A stretch of 64,000 bases of DNA, from assembly GCA_963810095.1 (NCBI GenBank), contig CAWEMM010000012.1, positions 512,001-576,000 of the forward strand, in the 5' to 3' direction. This DNA comes from an uncultured Chloroflexia bacterium. Its GTDB lineage: Bacteria; Chloroflexota; Anaerolineae; CG2-30-64-16. The notes below the pieces were generated by a model. It saw only the letters and a program-made list of their open reading frames with translations. It was not told where the DNA came from and ran no database searches. Both the position numbers and the translations under genes were made by a program. This document shows, in pieces, positions 32,983-42,846 of the stretch (its first letter is position 1; the number at the start of each line of letters is the position of its first letter).

Positions 32983-34959
32983 TTATCGCGCCGCCTTGAT
33001 CGCCTCCACTGCGGCCGGATCCTCCAGCGAGCTCACGTCCCCCGGGTCTTTCCCAAGATACGCGGCCCGAATCACCCGGTGCATGATCTTGGCGTTGCGC
33101 GTCCGCGGCAGCGCCGTCGTGAACAGGATCTCCCGCGGCTTGAGCGGCTTGCCCAGCTCCTCGATCACCAGGGCCATCAGTTCGCCCCGCAGCTGCTCGC
33201 TCGGCTCCCTGCCGGGCGCGAGGGTGCAGAAGCAGACCAACTCCTCGCCCTTGATTTCCTCGGGCGCACCGATGACCGCGGCCAGGGTGACCGCTGGGTG
33301 GCTGCACAGGATGGCCTCGACCTCCGCGGGCCCAACCCGCTTGCCGGCCACCTTGATCGTGTCGTCGGAGCGGCCCAGGATGTACCACTGCCCGTCCGCG
33401 TCCACCGTCGCCCAGTCGCCATGCACCCACACGCCGGGGAACCGCGCCCAGTATGCCTGGATATAGCGCTCCGGGTCGCGCCAGAAGCCGCGCGTCATCC
33501 CGATCCACGGCATACGGATCGCCAGCTCCCCCACCTCGCCCGGCCGGTCGCAGATCGAGTTGCCCTCCGCGTCCAGCACGTCGACCGCCATGCCTGTCGC
33601 GGGACCGCTGAACGCGGCCGGCTTGAGCGGCGTCAGCAGGTTGCCCTGGAGAATACCGCCCGAGATTTCAGTGCCGCCGGAGTAATTCAGGATGGGCAAC
33701 CGCCTTTCCCCGACGACCTCGAACAACCACGACCAGGACTCGGGATCCCACGGCGAGCCGGTGGAGCCGATCCAGCGCAGCGACGACACGTTATGTCTCC
33801 TGGCCGGTCCGTCGCCGTACTGGTGCAGGGTGCGAATCAAGGTCGGCGAGACACCCAGCCCCGTCACACCGTGCCGTTCGACCAGGGCCCACTGGCGGTC
33901 GACGTCGGGGTAGTCGGGCGCACCGTCGTACAGGAGAAAACTTGCACCCAGCAGAAGCGCGCCCCACACCTCCCACGGCCCCATCATCCAGCCCATGTCG
34001 GTGATCCAGTAGAGCACGTCGCCTGATTTCAAGTCGAAACCATGGCTGAGGTCCTGCGCCGCCTTGATGGGGAAGCCGCAATGCGTGTGGACCGCGCCCT
34101 TGGGCTTGCCCGTCGTGCCCGAAGTGTGAATGATCATGAGGGGATCTTCAGCAGAGGTGCGCTCGGTCGCCGCTTCAGGGGGCTGGCGGTCGACCAGCTC
34201 GTGCCACCAGTGATCACGGCCCGCCGTCATCGGCACTTCTTCGCCGTTACGCCGAAGCACGATCATGTGCCGGAGAGTGGGCACGTGGGCCGCAGCCGCG
34301 TCCGCGATGGGCTTCATCTGGTAGCACTTGGAGCGCCGGCATATGCCGTCGGCGGTGACCAGTGCGACGGCCCCCGCGTCGTTGAGCCGGGATGCAACAG
34401 CGCCCTCGCCGTAGCCTGAGAAGAGTGGAACGACGATCCCGCCGATCTTGCAGATGGCGAGCAGGCTGATCGCAATTTCGGGCACCATGGGCATGAAGAG
34501 GCCGATGGGGTCGCCCCTGCCCAGCCCAAGCTCCCGAAATGCGTTTGCCGCCCGGCAAACTTCAGCATTCAGTTCCGCATAAGTGAGATTGCGCACCGTC
34601 TGCGGAGCAGACGCCCCTTCCTCGCCTTCCCAGCGCAGTGCAACCGCATCTCCCCGCCCGGCCGCGATCCACTTGTCCAGGCAGTTGTGCACGATGTTCA
34701 TCACGCCGTCCACGCACCAAACGGGCCCCTCGATGCCGCCCGAGAAGTCCGCGGTGCGCGTGTAGGGTTCGTAGAACTCGATTCCGAGGTCGGCCATGAC
34801 CGCGTCCCAGAAACGCGAGACGTCGTCGAGGGAGCGGGGGGTCAAGGCATCAAGGGAGGGTGCTCCCGTCTTGCGCATGAAACGGGTGAGATTGGTTTGC
34901 TCGACCACGGCAGGATCGGGCCACCAGACAAAGTCGCCGGCGAACGCGGATTCAGGCAT
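32983..34959 (-). CDS. AMP-forming short-chain acyl-CoA synthetase (acetyl/acetoacetyl-CoA synthetase family)
   Basis: HTSGTTGKPKG, TDMGWMMG, YSGGTEI, GRSDDTIKVAGKR, PRTRNAKIMHR. Confidence 0.9.
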   Translation of the reverse strand: MPESAFAGDFVWWPDPAVVEQTNLTRFMRKTGAPSLDALTPRSLDDVSRFWDAVMADLGIEFYEPYTRTADFSGGIEGPVWCVDGVMNIVHNCLDKWIAAGRGDAVALRWEGEEGASAPQTVRNLTYAELNAEVCRAANAFRELGLGRGDPIGLFMPMVPEIAISLLAICKIGGIVVPLFSGYGEGAVASRLNDAGAVALVTADGICRRSKCYQMKPIADAAAAHVPTLRHMIVLRRNGEEVPMTAGRDHWWHELVDRQPPEAATERTSAEDPLMIIHTSGTTGKPKGAVHTHCGFPIKAAQDLSHGFDLKSGDVLYWITDMGWMMGPWEVWGALLLGASFLLYDGAPDYPDVDRQWALVERHGVTGLGVSPTLIRTLHQYGDGPARRHNVSSLRWIGSTGSPWDPESWSWLFEVVGERRLPILNYSGGTEISGGILQGNLLTPLKPAAFSGPATGMAVDVLDAEGNSICDRPGEVGELAIRMPWIGMTRGFWRDPERYIQAYWARFPGVWVHGDWATVDADGQWYILGRSDDTIKVAGKRVGPAEVEAILCSHPAVTLAAVIGAPEEIKGEELVCFCTLAPGREPSEQLRGELMALVIEELGKPLKPREILFTTALPRTRNAKIMHRVIRAAYLGKDPGDVSSLEDPAAVEAIKAAR

Positions 34960-35126
34960 CGTTCTCCCCTCCCGTCCCCTGTCCAAGCCCTTGCCACAAC
35001 CGGCGCGGGACTCTCCACGCTGCGCCGCACGGCGCGGTGCTCTCGTCGAGGGCTCTCCGTTTGGCATCTGCGGACGAAGTGTAGGTGATGCCGGCGCGCG
35101 GTTCTATTACCTAGCTTCCACCCGGC

Positions 35127-36368
35127 TCAATCCATGGCGATGCTGCCTCTAATCGAAGAGGCAGTAAACGGGCCGGGCTGCGCAATCAGTTCGCGGGCCG
35201 CGTCCGTCTTGCCCCACACGTCCCACAAGAGCACGCCGCGCACCCGGCCCTCCTTAAGGTAGTACACCACGCCCTTACGGAAGGGCTCCTCCCAGTCGGC
35301 CACCGTCTCCAGGCGCGCATCCAGCTCGCCCACGGCCTCGTAACCGAGGTCGAAGAGGTCCGAGTAGAAGGACGGCAGGTGTGTATACTGGACGGGCTCG
35401 CCTGCGACGATGCTGTGAGCCATGGACTTGCCGGCCGCCATTCCCATCGTGTTGGCGTTGTCCTCGTGCTCCACCCGCATCCACTTGTCGAGCGCAGGGT
35501 TGTAGAACTTCGCCACGTCGCCCGCGGCGTAGATGTCGGGCTCGGTGGTGCGGAGGGCCGCGTCGACCACGATGCCGCCGTCGACCTTGAGCCCTGCCGC
35601 CTCGGCCAGCTCGGTGGCCGGGATGATGCCGATGCCCGCGACGACTCCGTCCCCGCGCAGTTCACGGGAGGCGCCGGTCTGCTCATCCCGGACCAGCACC
35701 CTGAAGCCCGCGCCATCCCGCTCGGCGCCGACCACCGCGGCCTGGCTTACGATCCCGACCCCCTTCTGACGATAGTAATCGGTGATGAAGGCCGCAAGGT
35801 CTCGGGGGAAGACACGCTGCCCAATCAGTTCGTCCGGGAATACCATGGTCACACGCTGGCCACACATGCTAAGAGCGGCAGCGACCTCTGACCCGATGAA
35901 GCCGCCACCGATTACGACAAACTCCTCACGGGCATCCACCAGGTCGCGCAGACGCCGGTAATCCTCGAGCGTACGATAGTAGATGATGCCTGGGCCGCCG
36001 GCGGTTGAGCCAGCGTCAAAAGGCAGCCGCCTGGGAGAACCCCCGGTCGCCAGGAGCAGCCTTTCGTAGGAGTACACGGTCCCCTGGTCATCGATCGCCT
36101 GGTGCGCGGCGGGGTCGAGGGCCACGACACGCCGGCCCAGATGCATGTCGACCGATCGCTCCACGGTCCCGCGCCAAATCTTGTCGACCGGCTTCCCCTT
36201 CCACAGCGCCTTGCTGAGCGGAGGGCGGCTGTAGGGCGCATCCGGCTCGGCGCCGATCAGCCCAACAGAGCCCGACGCATCACGGCTGCGAATTCCCCGC
36301 ACCGCCGCATCGGCAGTCATGCCCCCGCCTACGATCAGGTAACGATAGTGGTTAGTCGAAGCGGCCAT
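35127..36368 (-). CDS. FAD-dependent NAD(P)H oxidoreductase (ferredoxin reductase / AIF-like)
   Basis: IVGGG, PYSRPPLSK, LLLATG, VIGGGFIGSE, IYAAGD, RVEHED, FYSDLF. Confidence 0.9.
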   Translation of the reverse strand: MAASTNHYRYLIVGGGMTADAAVRGIRSRDASGSVGLIGAEPDAPYSRPPLSKALWKGKPVDKIWRGTVERSVDMHLGRRVVALDPAAHQAIDDQGTVYSYERLLLATGGSPRRLPFDAGSTAGGPGIIYYRTLEDYRRLRDLVDAREEFVVIGGGFIGSEVAAALSMCGQRVTMVFPDELIGQRVFPRDLAAFITDYYRQKGVGIVSQAAVVGAERDGAGFRVLVRDEQTGASRELRGDGVVAGIGIIPATELAEAAGLKVDGGIVVDAALRTTEPDIYAAGDVAKFYNPALDKWMRVEHEDNANTMGMAAGKSMAHSIVAGEPVQYTHLPSFYSDLFDLGYEAVGELDARLETVADWEEPFRKGVVYYLKEGRVRGVLLWDVWGKTDAARELIAQPGPFTASSIRGSIAMD

Positions 36369-36391
36369 GTGTTGATCCTCCTGACGTGCAA

Positions 36392-36450
36392 GTAGTGGGG
36401 GCGAGCTTTAGCTCGCCCAGCGCGACGTGCGAGCTGAAGCTCGCCACTAC
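36392..36450. repeat. GTAG-type REP doublet (REPIN-like)
   Basis: GTAGTGG..GCGAGCTTTAGCTCGC ... GCGAGCTGAAGCTCGCCACTAC: two internal palindromes in inverted orientation with GTAG/CTAC ends. Confidence 0.75.
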
Positions 36451-37097
36451 AATAGAGACGCGTTTCCGAGGGGGCCCATCTGGACTTCCAGGTCGCGCTT
36501 CAGTTCGGCGTCGTGCTGGAACGCGCCAAGCAACGTGCGCGTGACCATGCGCGCGCCAGGCTTTTGCACCCCCCGGAGCATCATGCACAAGTGCACGGCT
36601 TCGACCGCCACGGCCACGCCTTTCGGGGCCAGCGCATCCGAAAGGCACTCGGCAATCTGCTGGGTCATCTGTTCCTGCAACTGCAGGCGGTGCGCAAACA
36701 TATCTACGATGCGCGGGATCTTCGACAGGCCAACCACCTGGCGGTCGGGCAAGTAGGCCACGTGCACCCGGCCAAAAAACGGCAGCAGGTGATGCTCGCA
36801 CAAGCTGTGGAACGGGATGTCTTTCACCAGCACGATCCCCGCGTACTCGGTGGGAAAGAGCGCACCGTTAATCAAGGCGTGTGAGTCCATGTCGTAACCG
36901 GACAGCAGCTCACGGTACATCCGCGCCACACGGTCGGGCGTCCGCTCGAGGCCCGGCCGCTCCACATCCTCGCCGAGCGACGCCAGAAGAGTGCGCACGC
37001 TGGCCGCCAGGGGATCGCCGGCCGGCCCATCCGCCTCCCCTTCCACGAAGATCGTATCTTCAAGCCGGCTAGCCGGCTGCAGGTCCACAGGTTTCAT
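36447..37097 (-). CDS. folE: GTP cyclohydrolase I
   Basis: GLERTPDRVARM, SLCEHHLLPFFG, VGLSKIPR, RLQLQE, HLCMMLRGV; ATG 37097 with AGGAGG RBS. Confidence 0.95.
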   Translation of the reverse strand: MKPVDLQPASRLEDTIFVEGEADGPAGDPLAASVRTLLASLGEDVERPGLERTPDRVARMYRELLSGYDMDSHALINGALFPTEYAGIVLVKDIPFHSLCEHHLLPFFGRVHVAYLPDRQVVGLSKIPRIVDMFAHRLQLQEQMTQQIAECLSDALAPKGVAVAVEAVHLCMMLRGVQKPGARMVTRTLLGAFQHDAELKRDLEVQMGPLGNASLL

Positions 37098-37364
37098 AAC
37101 CCCTCCTGGCATTTGCTTCGCTTCCGGGACGCCGCCGGCAGGTGCTCTGGACCTCGTCCCCTGGCGCTGCAGTAGCCAATTTCGTAGTTGCTGTAACAAC
37201 TACTAGTATTACAACAGCAGAGCGACCACTTATGTAAGGAGGCGTGCCAAACGGAGACGTTTGCGCCCATCCCGGCTCTGAGCGAGTACCCTTCCCGACG
37301 GAAAGCAGGTATACTGTCGAGCCTTGAATGGGGCAGAACTGAATCGACTAACGGGAGGTTGACA

Positions 37365-37877
37365 ATGGATGCTGTCTCTATGTTGCGGACGCAGATGCGC
37401 GAGGCGCACGACTTACTGGAATCCACGCTGGGCGATATCACGCCCGAGCAGTTGCATTTCGTCCCGCCCGGCCGGGCGCTGCCCATCGGTGCGGCCTACT
37501 CGCACGTGCTCTTCTCCGAGGACATCCTCGTCCAGCACACGAAGGGCGAGCCGCCGCTGTACGAGTCGGGCACGGCGACGGGCGCCAGCGAGCCGCACCC
37601 GAACTTCATGCGGGACGACTGGAGCGTCTACCCCGCATGGACGCATAGCGTCCGGTTCGATCTGCCGCAGCTCAGGGCCTATGCGCAGCGCGTGTACGCC
37701 AACACCGACGCTTGGCTGGCGGGGCTGACCGACGCGGACCTGGACAAGGCGGATGATTTCCTGCAGCAAAACGTGGGCCACCTGATCACCCGCGCCATGA
37801 TTGCCCATGCGGACAATCTGACCGGGGAGATTTCGGCGATCAAGGGCGTCCAGGGATTACAGGGCTATCCGTTCTGA
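37365..37877 (+). CDS. DinB-family protein
   Basis: GGAGG RBS; four-helix DinB pattern 'IGAAYSHVLFSED', 'AHADNLTGEISAIKGVQGLQG'. Confidence 0.8.
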   Translation: MDAVSMLRTQMREAHDLLESTLGDITPEQLHFVPPGRALPIGAAYSHVLFSEDILVQHTKGEPPLYESGTATGASEPHPNFMRDDWSVYPAWTHSVRFDLPQLRAYAQRVYANTDAWLAGLTDADLDKADDFLQQNVGHLITRAMIAHADNLTGEISAIKGVQGLQGYPF

Positions 37878-37885
37878 GGGCGTGG

Positions 37886-38572
37886 ATGATGGACGTACAG
37901 GACAAAGTTGCGATCGTGACCGGCGCGTCCGAGGGCATCGGCGAGGCAACCGCCCGGCTCCTGGCCAAGGAAGGGGCACAAGTGGCCCTCGTCGCGCGCT
38001 CGACGGAGAAGCTCGAACGGCTGGCCGCCGAGCTGCCCCGGTCGTTCGCCTACACGGCCGACCTGCGCGACATGGCCGCGGTTCGGGGCATGGTCGAGGC
38101 CGTCGCGCAGCATTACGGCCGCCTTGACATTCTGATCAATAACGCGGGCCGCGGCCTGCACGGGACGCCGGTCGAGCAGATCCCCATCGACGACTTCCGC
38201 GAGCTCTTTGAGCTCAACATCGTCGGCCCGCTCGTCGCCATGCAGACCGCCATCCCCATCATGCGGCAGCAAGGCGGCGGCGTGATCGTCAACATCAGCT
38301 CGCGACTCTCGAAGCTGCGCGTGCCCGGCGTCGCGGCATACGCGTCGACCAAGTACATGCTCAACGGGCTGACTCTCACGGCCCGCGAGGAGCTTGCCCG
38401 GGACAACATCCGCGTCTCGCTGGTGCTGCCAGGCCGCACCGCAACCCGCTTCCAGCTGAATTCGATGGGCCGGTCGGCCGATCCCCGTCCGCAGGGCGAT
38501 TCGGCCGAGAAGGTGGCCGAGGCTATCCTGGCCGCGATCCGGACTGAAGAGGCCGAGGTGACTGTATCATGA
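37886..38572 (+). CDS. Short-chain dehydrogenase/reductase
   Basis: TGASEGIG, NNAG, YASTK. Confidence 0.92.
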   Translation: MMDVQDKVAIVTGASEGIGEATARLLAKEGAQVALVARSTEKLERLAAELPRSFAYTADLRDMAAVRGMVEAVAQHYGRLDILINNAGRGLHGTPVEQIPIDDFRELFELNIVGPLVAMQTAIPIMRQQGGGVIVNISSRLSKLRVPGVAAYASTKYMLNGLTLTAREELARDNIRVSLVLPGRTATRFQLNSMGRSADPRPQGDSAEKVAEAILAAIRTEEAEVTVS

Positions 38573-39280
38573 CTGCCGGACCCGAATCTCAGGGCGAGCT
38601 GTGGTCGGAAGTGGATCGTTACCTGGTCGACCTGATCGTCCGGCCAGATGCATCACTGGAGGCCGCCCGCGACATCGAGCGCGACCGCGGGGCTGCCGTC
38701 GATCGAAGTCTCGGCCAACCAGGGCAAACTGCTGATGGTGCTGGCGTTGGCAGTGGGCGCGAAGCGTGTCCTGGAAATCGGCACGCTCGGCGGCTACAGC
38801 ACGATCTGGCTGGCGAAGGCGATGGCCGAACCGCTGCAGCGCGGCGAAGGCTGCCTTCTCACGGTCGAGATGGAGCCGAAACATGCCGCGCTCGCGCGGG
38901 AGAACATCGCGCGGGCCGGGCTGTCCGGGGTCGTCGGCGTGCGCGAAGGCCGGGCCGCCAACGTGATGGCCCAACTCGCCGCGGAAGGACTCGGGCCCTT
39001 CGACCTGATCTTCATCGACGCGGACAAACCGGGCTACGTCGAATACTTCGAGCTGGCGCTCAAGCTCTCCCGGGTCGGGACGGTGATCTTCGCGGACAAC
39101 GTCGTCCGGCGGGGCGCCGTGCTCGATCCCGACAGCAGCGACCCGTCGGTGCAGGGTGCGCGGCGGTTCAACGAACGCCTCGCCGCCGAGCCGCGCGTCG
39201 TCGCAACTGCGATACAGACCGTTGGCAGCAAGGGCCACGACGGGTTTGCGCTGGCGGTGGTGACGGCGCCCACGCGCTGA
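38569..39280 (+). CDS. O-methyltransferase (caffeoyl-CoA/catechol OMT family), frameshift near 38675
   Basis: WSEVDRYL; VSANQGKLL, LEIGTLGGYS, FDLIFIDADK, ADNVVR, GSKGHDGF. Confidence 0.9.
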
Positions 39281-39395
39281 GACCCCGAAACAAGCGGAAC
39301 ACAGCCGCCCGTACTACCCCTCGGTGCTCGCCCTGAGGCGGGCTCCGAGGCGCCCCTCCCCTCCCGATTCCGCCTTCAACTCGCACCCGGCCAAT

Positions 39396-39439
39396 TTGAC
39401 ATCCGGCCGCGTCTGACTTATATTTACACCGTAAATATA
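39396..39439 (+). promoter_or_regulatory. Promoter and TetR autoregulatory operator
   Basis: TTGACA (39396-39401), 17 nt, TATATT; perfect inverted repeat TATATTTAC-ACC-GTAAATATA (39419-39439) covers the -10. Confidence 0.8.
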
Positions 39440-39452
39440 CTACGTATAATTA

Positions 39453-40226
39453 ATGGAGAATATGACCCGGCCTAAGCGTGAAGGGGGTCGAGAGCGTTCG
39501 CAGACGGTCAGCCGAATCAAGGCGATCGCCCACTCGCAGATGGCCCAGTACGGCACAGCTGGCCTGTCTCTGCGCGGCATCGCCCGAGAGATGGGCATGA
39601 CTGCGCCTGCGATTTACAACTACTTTCCCCGCCTGGACGATCTGATCACCGCGCTGATCGTCGACGCATTCAGCGCTCTGGCCGTCTCCATGGAGACGGC
39701 GGAGGGCGAGTTGGATTCGAGCAGCCCCTACGAAAACGTGGTTGAGTTGTGTGTCGCGTACCGCGCCTGGGCCGCCGGCCACCCGTTCGAGTTTCAGCTG
39801 ATCTACGGCAATCCCATTCCCGGCTACCACGCGCCCGAAGAGATCACGATTCCGCTGGCCCGGCGCCCGTTCCTGGGTCTGTTCCGGTGGTTCCTGACCG
39901 CGTACGCCGCCGGGGAGCTCGCAATCCCTCCGGAATACTCCTCCGTGCCGGCTCCGATGGCGGAGGGAATTGCGGTCTGGCGGAACCTCTCGGGCATCGA
40001 CGTGCCAGATCCGCTGCTCGGGCTGCTGATGAGCGGCTGGAGTAGGATGCACGGCGCGGTGATGCTCGAGCTGTTCGGACACATTCAACCCCTCGTGGGC
40101 GACCCCGAGGCATTTTTCCGCTACGAGATCGGTGCGTTCGCCAGCAGGCTTGGTTTGCGCAAGCCGGAGCGCACCGAACGGCACACACAACAGCATAAAC
40201 AACCTCAGGAGCAAGATCATGTCTGA
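39453..40226 (+). CDS. TetR/AcrR regulator with WHG-type C-terminal domain
   Basis: LSLRGIAREMGMTAPAIYNYFP; WSRMHGAVMLE. Confidence 0.92.
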   Translation: MENMTRPKREGGRERSQTVSRIKAIAHSQMAQYGTAGLSLRGIAREMGMTAPAIYNYFPRLDDLITALIVDAFSALAVSMETAEGELDSSSPYENVVELCVAYRAWAAGHPFEFQLIYGNPIPGYHAPEEITIPLARRPFLGLFRWFLTAYAAGELAIPPEYSSVPAPMAEGIAVWRNLSGIDVPDPLLGLLMSGWSRMHGAVMLELFGHIQPLVGDPEAFFRYEIGAFASRLGLRKPERTERHTQQHKQPQEQDHV

Positions 40227-41178
40227 GTTGCACGTCGTGCTTGGCGCAGGTCCGGTGGGGCGGTCGGTCATCGAAGAGCTGATGCGCCGCGGCAAGCGGA
40301 TCCGGGTGGTCAGCCGATCGGGGAAGATGGCAGAGGCACCGGCGGCCGAGGGAGCGAGCGTCGAGCTCGTCGCCGGCGATTTGTACGATGTACCCACGGT
40401 GCGGCGGCTGACCGAAGGCGCCGCAGTCGTCTACCAATGCAGCCAGCCACTGTATTGGGAGTGGTCGCAAAAGTTCCCCCCCTTGCAGGCCGCGATCATC
40501 GAGGGGTTGGCCGGGTCGGCCACACGGCTCGTGGTCGTAGAGAACTGTTACATGTACGGCGACACGGACGGGAAACGACTGACCGAAGATCTTCCGTATG
40601 CGGCGCAGACCCGAAAAGGGCGGGTGCGGGCAGCCATGAGCGAAGCTGCGCTCGCCGCGCATCGCGATGGGAAGGTCGCAGTGGCCCTCGGCCGGGCGTC
40701 CGACTTCTTTGGCCCGTGGGCGCTCGATTCGGCGTTCGGCGACAGGGCCTTCTACCCCGCTCTCGCCGGCAAAGCGGCGAGCTTCGCCGGCGCGCTGGAC
40801 CTGCCGCACACGGCGACCTACGTCGCGGACTTCGGCCGCGCGCTGGTCATCCTTGGCGAGCGAGAGGAGGCCTTGGGCAGGGCCTGGCATGTGCCGAGCG
40901 ACTGCCCGGAGATCACGCAGCGCCAGTTTGCCGAGCTCATATTCAGAGAAACGGGCCACCCGACCAAGGTCAGTGCGATGGGCAAGACGATGATGGCCAT
41001 GGCGGGGCTCTTCATCCCGGGTGCCCGGGAGTCCGTAGAGATGATGTACGAATTTGATAAACCGTTTGTGGTCGATGCGAGCAGCTTCGAGCGCGCATTT
41101 GGCATGCGGCCCACGCCCATCGCTGAGGCAGTCAAGGCGACCGTGGAGTGGTATCGCACACATCCTCACAAGAAGTAA
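40219..41178 (+). CDS. NAD-dependent epimerase/dehydratase (atypical SDR)
   Basis: HVVLGAGPVG, ENCYMYG, RASDFFGP, TYVADFG, EMMYEF. Confidence 0.88.
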   Translation: MSELHVVLGAGPVGRSVIEELMRRGKRIRVVSRSGKMAEAPAAEGASVELVAGDLYDVPTVRRLTEGAAVVYQCSQPLYWEWSQKFPPLQAAIIEGLAGSATRLVVVENCYMYGDTDGKRLTEDLPYAAQTRKGRVRAAMSEAALAAHRDGKVAVALGRASDFFGPWALDSAFGDRAFYPALAGKAASFAGALDLPHTATYVADFGRALVILGEREEALGRAWHVPSDCPEITQRQFAELIFRETGHPTKVSAMGKTMMAMAGLFIPGARESVEMMYEFDKPFVVDASSFERAFGMRPTPIAEAVKATVEWYRTHPHKK

Positions 41179-41180
41179 GG

Positions 41181-41235
41181 GGGCAAGACAAGAGGGGGGC
41201 GCCTCTGCAGCCGGAGGGGGCGCCCCCTCTTGCCC
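41181..41235. terminator. GC-rich hairpin between convergent genes
   Basis: CAAGAGGGGGGCGCC ... GGCGCCCCCTCTTG. Confidence 0.6.
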
Positions 41236-41275
41236 GTCTGGCGGCGGCCGGCCTGCGACACTCGAAGCGTGGAAG

Positions 41276-42229
41276 TTACATCCGAAGAGCCTCGGCTGTG
41301 CGCCAGCCTTGTTCCCAGCGCGACGCGATCGCGGGCTCGACCAGGAAGCTGCGCTCGTCCTGCGCGCTGCCCCATTCGAGGCGCAGCTTCACCCTGGCCA
41401 ACGGGACGCCGTCTGTCACGGTCATCTCCGCCACCCGATCCAGCGGAATGTAGGTGAAGATCCAGCCGTATTCGCCGTCCGTCTTCTTCCTATGCCACAC
41501 CGACGCCCGCTTCTCCTCGATCACGACCGCCTTGCGATCGGTGAGCGCGAATAAGGTGTTGGGCGTGACCTGCTGGGGGAGGATGCCGCGGCGCTGCCAG
41601 ATGGCGGGCTGGAAAACCGCGGCATGGAGCAACTCCCCCGGCTCCAGCGAGTAGTAGCGCAACCCGTTGGCGAACTTGAACGGCAGCTTCCTGATGACGG
41701 CAGTATTGAACGCCAGGGCCTCCGCATCATCACAGCTCGAAGCGACCGGGCTCGCTTCGGAGATAAAGCGTCCGAGCGGCTCGCGCAGCGCCTGCCAGAT
41801 CACCGTGTTATATTCCAGGCGCACCTCTGCTGGCTGGCTCCCGCAGTCCGCCTTGAACTCGAGCAGGCCGTACAGCAGCAGCAGGCTGGACCGCAGATAC
41901 AGCAGCGCCCCGACGTCGATCATCGTAACCCGCGACTGCGTGTCCTCCGTTCGAGCCGCCACATGGAGCACGGCGCCCTCCAGGAAGACCAGTGCCCGCT
42001 CGGGCACATACTCCCAGTGCACCTTCTTGCGCACAAAATACTCGGGCGGGAAGACGAGCGCGCCGCGCACGGCCCGGCCGGGCGGCAGCGCCGGACGGGC
42101 CACTTGGAGGAGGCTCGGGGGCAAAGCTTCCACGCTGTCGTAAAATTCCGGCATGGGATGGCGGCGCAACCGGAGCCATTCGGACAGACCGACGCGCGGC
42201 GTAATCGGGACGGAACTGGCAGACATCAC
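41276..42229 (-). CDS. Hypothetical protein
   Basis: Long ORF that overlaps the upstream DinB stop (translational coupling); no family recognised. Confidence 0.7.
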   Translation of the reverse strand: MMSASSVPITPRVGLSEWLRLRRHPMPEFYDSVEALPPSLLQVARPALPPGRAVRGALVFPPEYFVRKKVHWEYVPERALVFLEGAVLHVAARTEDTQSRVTMIDVGALLYLRSSLLLLYGLLEFKADCGSQPAEVRLEYNTVIWQALREPLGRFISEASPVASSCDDAEALAFNTAVIRKLPFKFANGLRYYSLEPGELLHAAVFQPAIWQRRGILPQQVTPNTLFALTDRKAVVIEEKRASVWHRKKTDGEYGWIFTYIPLDRVAEMTVTDGVPLARVKLRLEWGSAQDERSFLVEPAIASRWEQGWRTAEALRM

Positions 42230-42693
42230 TCACTCCTGGCGGCGCGCGCCTCCCACAGTTGGCGCGTCAGTTGAGCGTGACCGGCATGCATGGCGGTGTG
42301 CTCCAGCGCATGCAGCAGCGCCCACCCAACCGTCACCTCGCGGCCGTCACGCGGTGAGGTGCGGGTCTCGGCCAAGTGGCCGACCGTTAGCCGCTCGAGC
42401 GCGGCCTGCGCGTAGACGAGCGAACCCTGCAGCCGCTCGAGCGCTTGCCCCCCGGTCACTCCCTTCGTGAGGAACTCGCCCGGCCGGTTGCGCTCTAGCG
42501 AATCGTCCAGCGCGATGTCGCCGATCCAAAATCGCTCGGCGCCCGCGCTGTGCACGGCCAGGACTGCCAACGAGTTGGTCCCTTCCCCGGGCGACCAGTT
42601 GACCCCTTCGTCGGGGAGCCCGTCGATGGCGCGGTTGAACTCCCCGTGCATAGTCTTGAGGAGGCTGAGGTAGTCTACAAAGAATGGCTCCAC
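42226..42693 (-). CDS. DinB-family protein
   Basis: GTG start with AAGGAG RBS; NSLAVLAVHSAGAERFW, LLHALEHTAMHAGHAQLTR. Confidence 0.88.
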   Translation of the reverse strand: MEPFFVDYLSLLKTMHGEFNRAIDGLPDEGVNWSPGEGTNSLAVLAVHSAGAERFWIGDIALDDSLERNRPGEFLTKGVTGGQALERLQGSLVYAQAALERLTVGHLAETRTSPRDGREVTVGWALLHALEHTAMHAGHAQLTRQLWEARAARSE

Positions 42694-42846
42694 GATCGTC
42701 TCCTTCGGCGCCAGCCCTCCCGGCAGTCGCGCTCCGCGCTGCAGCCTGCCATTGTACTGAGCATGCATCCGCCAGGCACTGCTTGTCAAGCCCTTGCTTT
42801 CTCGCTACACTGTGTACAACTTTCATACCACCACAACGAGGCCAGC

